From contig CH464491.1 of the NCBI GenBank assembly GCA_000002445.1, positions 1,152,001 to 1,216,000 of the forward strand: a stretch of DNA of 64,000 nt, given 5' to 3'. The notes beneath the pieces are model-generated. The model did not search any database. It worked only from the letters and a program-made list of their open reading frames with translations, and was not told where the DNA came from. This DNA comes from Trypanosoma brucei (lineage: Eukaryota). Numbering within the stretch: the stretch's first letter is position 1; every line of letters starts with the position of its first letter. This document shows positions 22,380 to 31,243 of the stretch, piece after piece. The translations under genes and the position numbers were made by a program.

Positions 22380-23212
22380 CCATACTGAAACATCATAATG
22401 AGACTTCATCTTCCCTCCCGCAACAACTTCCAGCAAGTGAGGTACATATACATAACATGTGTATATAGACGTATGTCCCCTAAAGGAAAAAAAAATGTGA
22501 TGCCTTTCAGAAGGCGCCGCGGCTATTTCTTTTTTCTCTTTATCTGGAGGCCAGCAGTGGTCTCCGTTATAGGTGAGTGGCACCTTCCCAATTGAACATT
22601 TATCCCGTAAAAAAAAAAAACAGTACTCTCACATACTGAAGTACATTCCAGTTCAGCGTATAAAGCTGTGGCACTACATGGCTTTCACTTTTAACGGAAA
22701 GCATTACTTACACTCTTATGTTTTGTTGGTTTTGGGTGTTGGAAAAAAACATGAACGTCGGGAAAGGATGATACATCGGTAATGGTTGTTAGTGTGAATG
22801 TGATTGTGTATTTCTCCCCACTTGTGCACTTGTTGCCACTACGGGGAGAAAATAATTTTGCTATGGGGGTATATAATACATACTTCGAACTAGTAAGTGG
22901 CGTGCGCTGCCCCTTGATTGATGCAGCTCTGTGAAGAGTGCTAACAGATACCTGACTTGACACTCCGTTTTGGGGTTCGGTATGTTGTACTTAAAGGTTT
23001 ACTGGAGGTTGGTGACTAAATAATTTATGCTTGGCTTCCTGTGTACGCACAGAAAGAACTAAACCTTTGTGGATGTGAATAATTGAAATGTTGGTGAAAT
23101 GCCACGTGCACTGTTCTGGAATGTAAATTATCGCGACGAGTGTGTTGAAGAAGTAACAGAGAAATTCTCTATCGTGATGATCTCCCTTCATTAGAGTTTT
23201 AGGTGAAAGAAA

Positions 23213-23887
23213 ATGCTGTCGGAAATGTTGTTGCTTTTGTGTATATTGTCTGTCGCATCGGTGCTCAGTTTTGAAGACATGGTAACGATGACAGTTTCGT
23301 GGCCTCACAACGCAAGTTGTAAGGGAATACAAGGTGACCCGCGTGTTTGTCGGGCCCTAGCGGTTCTTGTGAAAGACGCATTTTCGAGTCGCTGCAAAAC
23401 AGTTACAGGGGACGTACGCGCAACTACCGCCGAAGCGTCTTGTCACTTGCAGTTTAAAATTAATGAAGAAACTCCTCTTTATTACCTGTGTAATGGCGAT
23501 ACCGTGAGGGAGATTATGCAGAAGCAAGAGGACCTGCACCTACCTGCGCATACCAATGGAGAGCCCGACTGTAGCAAACTCCCTGCGCGTATTGAGCTCA
23601 GTTCCGACAAGGACAGCAAAAACGCTGCTACCGTGTCAGCACCAGCAAATACTGAGAAGGAATCCAAAGGGAAACCTGAAGAGAGTCCCGCGACCGAAAC
23701 ATCGGATAACGTGACCGAAAAAACTGTCCCAGAGAAGCCGACCATTAAGGGGCCACAGACTAAAAATGAAAAAACAGTGGATGTAAAGTCTACCGAGCCG
23801 CAGAGTAAACAAAACAGTGGATCCATGCGGTCCTTATTCGGTGACCGTTGTTTTTTTATTCCTCTTTTATACAGCATGTTACTTTGA
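23213..23887 (+). CDS. predicted surface protein with N-terminal signal peptide, Cys-containing head, S/T/P/K/E-rich stalk and C-terminal hydrophobic GPI-like signal (224 aa)
   Basis: The N-terminus MLSEMLLLLCILSVASVLS is a hydrophobic signal. Six Cys lie in the first 120 aa. A mucin-like TEKESKGKPEESPATETSDNVTEKTVPEKPT region follows. The protein ends ...NSGSMRSLFGDRCFFIPLLYSMLL, a small-residue omega region plus a hydrophobic tail. Confidence 0.5.
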   Translation: MLSEMLLLLCILSVASVLSFEDMVTMTVSWPHNASCKGIQGDPRVCRALAVLVKDAFSSRCKTVTGDVRATTAEASCHLQFKINEETPLYYLCNGDTVREIMQKQEDLHLPAHTNGEPDCSKLPARIELSSDKDSKNAATVSAPANTEKESKGKPEESPATETSDNVTEKTVPEKPTIKGPQTKNEKTVDVKSTEPQSKQNSGSMRSLFGDRCFFIPLLYSMLL

Positions 23888-24904
23888 ATGAACACTGGGC
23901 TCTAAAACCCATGACTCTTTGCTTTATTCCGAAGTCATACTTTATTAAGGCTTATACGCGATAACATCTTTTTGCTTGTACGTCCATTTACCCTCCTGTA
24001 ATACGCACGCACATATATCCCCTCATAATATTCGTAGAATCATGCAAACACAAACTGCTCATGAGATAACCGATACTATTTCCGTAGAGAGTATGTGTTG
24101 GTGTTGGCATAACTGTCTTGTCACATTGAGCGTATTTTGTGTGGAGTAATATTCGCTGACTGTTAAGAAGTTTAGGATAATAGGTTCCACTTCGTAGTGG
24201 CTTGCGTGTAGCGTGCATATCTTTGTGGAAAGGAAAACTAATCAATTGTTTGTTTGACACTTATTATAGTTTGTGGTAAACGAAAGCAGTGAATATTCCC
24301 ACTGCAAAGGGAGGGAATTCCTTATGTGTGTGAGTTTGAGGAAGCTTTTCCATCTCGTAGAGAGGTAATTCTCAACGAGCTAGGAAGTTGTCGAGTATGC
24401 GTAACCCAGGGCGAAGCAGTTTGGGGAGACCACATACGTGCGCACGTATCTGTACTTTCACGTATGTATATCCCATTTGTACCTATAGCATTCTATAAGC
24501 GTTTCTCGCCATTTAATTAAACAGTGTGCGCAGGCTACAACGACAACAAAAAAGGTTTCTGTTAAAATATATGGTGTCTCCACATTAAAACATGAGAAAA
24601 TGAGTTTACTTTCGGCTGGGGCTTCTCACATAGACACCGGGACTGCGTTTAACAGAGTTTTGTCGGGAACTCCTTGGGATGTAATTGGTAAAAGCTATAA
24701 CTCTATTTCGTTTTTTGTTGCATCGGTTCCCTATTTCCGGGACCCGGTTACACTTATCCAATATGTTGTTGGAATGTTAATGCTATATATTTGTGGTGTC
24801 AGGAAATGTTAATAATAGAACGTGCAGATTGTGCTACCTTTATAGTTCCTTTTCTGTGTATCTTCAAGAGGTGAATATATTGAGCAAAGTGGAAAGCAGG
24901 AAAA

Positions 24905-25975
24905 ATGTGTGGTATTAAATATTGCGTCGTTTTGTTTGCCTTGGTGCTCCGAACAAGTATCTCCGGGGAGGGAAAAATTGTCAATGAAGATGAATTTGGA
25001 GCCCTATGTGGTATGATAAATCTGGCTCAGGCTGGATTGAGGAAGATAAAGGAGGTCCGAGAAACCATTAAAGGTACGATAAGAATTGGATCAAGATGCC
25101 TCGAGCTTACTGGGGGTAGGGTATTGGACACGATTTGTGAGGGAGAAAATAGTAGAAACTGCGAAAATCGCAGAACGTTTTGGAAGAAAGCGGAAAGTTC
25201 ATCGAACAAAAAAATAGCCGGAGACGGTCTTCTAGATCGACAAACGGAGGAAATGATTAGGAAGATAGGAGGTGAAGCCGCAGACCTATATGAGGATGTC
25301 ACGAGGAAGCAATGGGTACCATTTGCAAATGCACTGGAAGAAAAAATCAACGAAGCCCTCTATGGTGTGCCTTGGAGACCAGAAGAGATTAAGGAAAACA
25401 CTACAGACAGAAAGCAACTATGTCAGCAGGAGATTTCACGGAACGCGGTGCATTACCCACCAGCGTCGTTGAGCAGGGATTTATTATGTGTCTGCGCGAT
25501 GGACCTGGAGTCAGTGAGGAAGCACAGACTTTGCTGCGAATTTTGCGGTTACGAAGATAATCGGGAGGTTTGGAAACCAAACAAGGATTCGTGGGAAAGA
25601 TGGAACTTTCTTCGAGCACACTGTGCATTTCTTGGAGAACCTAAGGAAGATTTCGAGAAACTTGCGAGCACGTTCAGGCGCCTGATAAATCAGCAACACA
25701 ACACGCCTATCGGGGTTATGTACATCTTGGGATACCAGAAGAGAAACAGCTTCTGGTCCCTTGGGCTCTCGTCAAGGGGACCTATGGGTCCGGGTGTGCA
25801 TTATGTTTTAATGGGAAAAGAGAAAACGACTGACGATATACCATGGTTGAAACTGTTGCGAGAGGTGACAATGGAGATGGGACAACCGGCTCAAGACAAT
25901 GTCCAAGAAGGTGAGTTCACAGAGGCCCTTGAGAAGTTGGAACAAGACCTCGAAAAATTGATTCAGACAAAGTGA
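24905..25975 (+). CDS. predicted secreted cysteine-rich protein (356 aa) with N-terminal signal peptide and no C-terminal anchor; possibly a VSG-related or ESAG-like surface-family member
   Basis: The N-terminus MCGIKYCVVLFALVLRTSISG is a signal peptide. Paired cysteines occur (CLELTGGRVLDTICEGENSRNC, CVCAMD, CCEFCGY). The hydrophilic C-terminus ends EKLIQTK. I could not confirm a family by eye. Confidence 0.45.
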   Translation: MCGIKYCVVLFALVLRTSISGEGKIVNEDEFGALCGMINLAQAGLRKIKEVRETIKGTIRIGSRCLELTGGRVLDTICEGENSRNCENRRTFWKKAESSSNKKIAGDGLLDRQTEEMIRKIGGEAADLYEDVTRKQWVPFANALEEKINEALYGVPWRPEEIKENTTDRKQLCQQEISRNAVHYPPASLSRDLLCVCAMDLESVRKHRLCCEFCGYEDNREVWKPNKDSWERWNFLRAHCAFLGEPKEDFEKLASTFRRLINQQHNTPIGVMYILGYQKRNSFWSLGLSSRGPMGPGVHYVLMGKEKTTDDIPWLKLLREVTMEMGQPAQDNVQEGEFTEALEKLEQDLEKLIQTK

Positions 25976-26613
25976 GTTGGAGGTGGTTAGGAATCCTCCT
26001 ACGTATATATCCATTCCAATCAACCGGAATTTGGCAGGGGAAAATAGGTAACGAATAAGAGCAGTAAAGTAACGTGAGGAAAATGGTTTCAGAAAAAATA
26101 TTTTTTTAAAGGTCATGTCGGAAAGGGGGGATATATTGCCATAGAGAGATATTCATCCAACATGGCGGGGTAAGTCTCCGCCAGTAAAATTACTGTGATA
26201 TTTCTTAATTAAAGCGCATTGGGAGTGTTTCAATAATATGCGGTTGAGTTACCAGATTCTATACTCATATCCATTGTGCCTTCGCTTCGTAGGAAGGAGT
26301 TAATCTTCGAGAAACAATTCGTATCCATGGATCCCATCATATGGGAGGATAACTATGGAGTCGTCTTTTTTCAAGGGCATCCTGCTGCCGCAGCAACAGC
26401 AGCAGGAGGGCGGTGGAAAGTACAACTTTACTTAGGGACGCCTCCACTGCATGAATACCAGCGGAGCAAATAGTATGACCAACCATACTAGCATGTATAC
26501 TGTTTCAATGTCAGAATAAAAGGGGCACTAGCTACGGTAAAGCTCATTTCCCCTCTTTGCTTTAACTCTACCCCCAAAGGCGTGCGTACGATGCGCATTT
26601 ATCGTTTTGTCTT

Positions 26614-27091
26614 CATCCAATATTATAATTTTATTATGTTTACATGATTTTCAATACTTTTTACTTGGTTGTGGAAGATGTGGAGGAGGATGTGCACCTA
26701 TCGTGGAAATTAAATGCTGTGTCGCTGAAAAGGCGTTCAACGTATCCATTTTCCCTGTCGGAACTACCTCCTCCTCCCGCTGTTGTAGCAGCGAACACCA
26801 AATACGTGTCTTGTTACATTGTTTGGGACGTGGTCCTGGTGTGTGGAATGCGCCAGTGGTGTTCACTCATCAACCAAAAGATTAGTGTCGTTGTCTGTAT
26901 CCATAGGAAGCAAGTGTGTTGCGGAAGTTCCGTTTTAAGGGATCCTTGAGTGGATGAAGGTGTGGAAGAAATGGAAAGTGCGCACTGTGTGGCTGTTTCG
27001 GTGGCGCCGGACATAATGCAGGTTAGTGTCCCTCCAAATCTTACACAGTGCTCATCAGAACCAGAAAATAAGGAGGTTTTCATTGCACCGT
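26614..27091. repeat. copy 2 of the 478-bp direct repeat (offset +7799 bp from copy 1)
   Basis: See copy 1. The flanks outside the 478 bp are unrelated. Confidence 0.9.
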
Positions 27092-28158
27092 GCGGTGTTG
27101 CATCTTCAATACCCGCTTCATATTGGGATACATTCAATAAGATACGTCGGGCCACCATTTTACACTTTGTGCTATAGCATACGTGTGTGCAACCAACTTC
27201 GTTGTTCAGTCGAATACGTGGACCCATATATCCCCTCGATAGAAAACACGCGAAGTAGTGTTTACGGCATTTAATGATTTCACTTGACCTAACTTCTTGT
27301 AGGATGGTATGCGCGTGTGGTCACGCTGCTGCTTTTCTTTCGTCTCGGAGGCGGTGTGGGAGTCAGGTGACAGGTTGTTGCGGTATACTAGCGTTGCGAT
27401 ATGCATGGTACTGGTTTTATCACAGTTGTGGTAGAGACGCTTTTCTTTGGCGCCGTGGTACGCAAAATAAAAAAGAAAAAAACATTAATATAACCTGATG
27501 CGAATGTCTCGGGAAGTTAAGGAACCGTGCGGAAGCGGCGGGGGTGTGGAGCCCAGACTCAAGGGTTGCGTGCACCTGGGCGATTTAACATTTTTTTTTT
27601 TACAAAACTGCTGATGGTCAAGGGAGATTGTAATTGCTGTTAACTCTATGGGAAGGGAGCCGACGGACCAGACGCTAAGTGGTAGGGGATCAATTCGTGA
27701 CATTGATTATGATATATGAACGCTTTACACAAAAGATGCAAAGGGTGTAATTATATCCCCCTTGGTTGGAAGTGCTTCATTCACTTGTATCCGCTCTCAG
27801 AAGCCGGTTACACCATCGGGGGTGTGTGCATACTGGGGCACATGCCTCCATTTTGTTCTGTTTGTTGCGACCACCGTCAGCGTAGTAATACATATCACAT
27901 CTTTTGTTTCTTCGCTGCTGTTGCCAAGAGGATATCGGAGGGAAAGTGTGCCACAGAGCACGCGAACTGCCTGCCGTATGTAGTTTTACGTGTGGCGGAA
28001 TGCTGGGAGAGAGGATACGATGCGCCGAAAAGGGAAAAGTACGCACACTGTGGTGCCCTGAAAGGCTTGAGAGAAGTGGCTGTTACTGTTTATTAGTGAG
28101 GCATCATGCTCTCTGTTGTTGTTCGCTTTGAGGATTTGCTTGCGTCCGCTCTCTGGTT

Positions 28159-29466
28159 TTGACGTTATTTTTTTTTTCTTACGATCAGGATGTCTGTAAC
28201 AGCAAGGGCAGCAAAGGAAGAGAAGTTTTAGCGATGCTAATGAACACCCCGCTAAAGAGGGTAGAAGACATACCACCACTTCTTCGTGAACGGCTTACGA
28301 AAGCAGAGGAGAGCGGGTGGAAAATTCTTGACCTCTCGGGTTGTAAAGAAACTTTGGATGTCACGGCGCTCACTGAGGTCGGCATGCTGGAACAACTATC
28401 CCTGGAGGGTTGCACAAACTTGAGAAGAGGGCTGCGGGAAATATGCAACGGGGAAAGAACGCGCAATCTGAGGACGCTGCACTTAAGCAACCTACCCATG
28501 CTTGATGACACATGCATTAAGATATTGGGGGGAACACACCTACGGCTCGAACTGTTCACCTGCGCACACTGTAAGAACGTAACGAACGTTAGGCCCCTAG
28601 CGGAAATCAAGGCCCTGAAGAGCCTTTCGCTCGGACACTGCGTGAATATCAAGCATGGTCTGAAGGAAATTTGCGGAGGTCTGACGAATATGAGGGCTCT
28701 CTGGATCAACCACATACCGGCTGTCGACGATGCGTGCATTGCGGAGCTCGGCGCAAAAGGCGACGGTTACGAAGGCCATCTGATTTGGTTAATTTGCGAT
28801 GGATGTCTTGGGATAACGGATGTTACGGCCATTTCGGAGATCAAGACATTAAAGAGACTTTCGCTGACGGGATGCGAGAACATAACGAAGGGGCTAGAGG
28901 AGATGTGCGCCAGTGAGAAACTGCAGGACCTGCAAGACCTATGGGTGAATAACGTGAAGGCGTTCAGTGATAAGTGCCTTTTGAATCTGGAGGAAAGTCA
29001 CAGGAAGGGCGGATGGAAACTGCAGGTGCTCAGCACCAAAGACTGCTGCAGCATAACAGACGTGTCACCCCTGGGGAAGCTGGTAACGTTGAGGGTGCTA
29101 TGCCTTGACGGGTGCGTGAACATTAAACAAGGTCTGGATCATGTCATACTGTCGCTGGTCGATTTGAGGGAAGCGTACTTGGGAGGCATTGGCATAACCG
29201 ATAGGCATATTGAGCTGCTTGGTCGCCACAAAAAAATTGAACGATTACACCTCCCTTTTTCAGGGAACATTACAGATATTACTCCCTTAACGAATGTCTG
29301 GACACTGGAGGCTTTGTGCTTGTGCGGGTGTCTAAAGGCTACAAGGGGATTTGAAAAGTTTTCTACACTCTTCAGACTCAAAAAGTTGTGTGTGTGTGGT
29401 GTTTACGTCGATGCGGACACAGTCATGGCCCTAAAGGGTAAAGGAGTGGCTGTGAAGCTGTGGTAG
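28159..29466 (+). CDS. leucine-rich repeat protein (LRRP), ESAG8-like CC-type LRR (435 aa from 28159; more likely start Met at 28234)
   Basis: The same repeat architecture recurs (LSLEGCTNLRRGLREI, LSLGHCVNIKHGLKEI, LSLTGCENITKGLEEM, LCLDGCVNIKQGLDHV, ITDVSPLGKL). The first 25 codons overlap the oligo-T/polypyrimidine tract at 28161-28190, so the downstream Met is favoured. Confidence 0.7.
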   Translation: MTLFFFSYDQDVCNSKGSKGREVLAMLMNTPLKRVEDIPPLLRERLTKAEESGWKILDLSGCKETLDVTALTEVGMLEQLSLEGCTNLRRGLREICNGERTRNLRTLHLSNLPMLDDTCIKILGGTHLRLELFTCAHCKNVTNVRPLAEIKALKSLSLGHCVNIKHGLKEICGGLTNMRALWINHIPAVDDACIAELGAKGDGYEGHLIWLICDGCLGITDVTAISEIKTLKRLSLTGCENITKGLEEMCASEKLQDLQDLWVNNVKAFSDKCLLNLEESHRKGGWKLQVLSTKDCCSITDVSPLGKLVTLRVLCLDGCVNIKQGLDHVILSLVDLREAYLGGIGITDRHIELLGRHKKIERLHLPFSGNITDITPLTNVWTLEALCLCGCLKATRGFEKFSTLFRLKKLCVCGVYVDADTVMALKGKGVAVKLW

Positions 29467-31243
29467 TGCAACGCTACGACTCACGACGTGCTGCCAAACA
29501 GGCGCAGCGCCATGTTCGCTGTGATTGTCGTCGCAATGGATGAAATTGGGAAGGTAAAAGAGCAACTGGTGATGACCATTTTAGCGCGGTTGTGCTTGGC
29601 AGTATTTCTCCCTATAAATCCCTTCTTTTTGATTTTAGAGCTAAAGGTAGTGGCGGTGGTATTCGCATATACTTCTGTGTAGTGGCATTCGGGTTGTATG
29701 TGTTTTCCGAAGACTTGCCACACATACATATATATATATATAGAAACAGTGGGGGTTGGAAACCACGTGTCGCAAGCGGGTGCGTCACTGACAACATATA
29801 ACACCTCATGAGGCGGCGAGCATTTGGCTTCGTCCGGGGGCTCAACATTCGGGTTAGAAACGGTATTACATGCAAGAAAATGTGGGTAGCCAAAGGAGGA
29901 AATACGCCGGCATGCTTTCTGTCCACGATGTCGTTTTTAAGCCCCGTGATCATGGCCTCTTCAGGTCCGGCAGCCTGATAAGGATAAGCTTTGGAAGGCT
30001 TCAGCTGTCGGTTTGCGGCCCGCGCACCACAATTCCCCCCCCGCCCGCCTCCATGGCAGGGGCTGTTTGAGCGAGTAAGCAGAGCGCTCTCAGCACCCCA
30101 ATCGCAAATGGCTGTGGGTTTCCTTTCGTTTCTCTGCCGCGCCCCGTACGTAGTGTCTGGTCAAGCTGTTTTCCAAAGGCACCGCTCTTAATGGCACCGA
30201 GTATGCGCGGCACTCCAGGAGTGTGTTCCACTTGATTCCTCCGTTACTGCGGTCGTATCATTGTAATAACGGCGCTACCAAAAAAACGACAGCGCCTGTT
30301 GTGCACTGTAAGGCCAACCGCGCCTACCATACGTCAAAGGTTTCGAAGTTGGGTTGCTTAGGCATGGTTTTGCTTTGTTCCGCATTTTCCTCACCCTTTC
30401 ATCACTCATTCCACCCGGGTTTCTCCCGACAATTCGCCTCAAGTTGAGCTTCGCTGCGCTGTGGTCCATTTGCTGCTAGACAAATGTTCCGCCCGCAAAC
30501 GACCATCCAACACTTGCCGGCGCGTGCCCATCTTTCTAAACGCGGGACGCCATACAACAACGTGGCGCCTTGCATCCATTCCGGCGGCTGGTGGTGGTCC
30601 GTATCCCTCCAGTCCCCTCAAGTGTACCAAATTTAAGTGCATTGGTTACAAGTCAGCGTTACTCAAGTTTCCAAGTGGTTGTCAAGGCCATTTCCCCCGC
30701 ACCCACGATGGATCAACCAGTTTCAGCCACTTATGGCTGCCAGTTGTGCGACTTAACTGCTCCGCACCCCTTCCCGCTTTGCGGCGGTGTGAGTGATGAC
30801 GGAAGCGCCACAACACATTTAGTGGAAGGCGGCCTCGCGCTCGCCACTGTCGATTGAGTTGCCGGCATGGTGGCGTTAGGGCGGAAATGGGCCCGGGACC
30901 GCCCCCTCCCTCATGCCCTTGGGCGTGAAGACCCCTAATGTATGATTTGCTAAAGGACGTAAAGGGAAGAGAAGGGAAGAATCACCTCTTCGCAGCATCG
31001 GATAAGTTGGTGAAATCCACTGGACGCAAGGCGCCACATACCGCCGGTGCTCCTGCGCATAATGGAAAAGTGAAAAAAAAGATACCCATTTCTGACCCTC
31101 CCTAGAGTGCACACGCTTTTCCCCCGGAAAGCGCTATGGTGAAGGAAACGCGATTAACCGGGCATCACTCCCAGCACCCAGAAAGCATGTGTTAATAATA
31201 TGTGGCTCTGTAAGGCCCATCTCCGCGCGCTTCCGCACTCGCT
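29467..31243. terminator. convergent strand-switch region between the + cluster (ends 29466) and the - cluster (begins 31244); putative RNA Pol II transcription termination zone
   Basis: Gene orientation flips here. The region is GC-rich and non-repetitive with only short ORFs (under 115 aa). I found no tRNA A/B boxes. Kinetoplastid convergent SSRs are established termination sites marked by base J/H3.V. Confidence 0.55.

Noticed and set aside
29467-31243. Search for tRNA/snRNA genes (A box TRGCNNAGTGG, B box GGTTCGANTCC and reverse complements) in the strand-switch region and elsewhere
   Set aside because: Only partial matches were found (for example ggtttcgaag at ~30331, caattcgaacc at ~55951 inside a CDS). 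None had both boxes at tRNA spacing, so no RNA gene is called.
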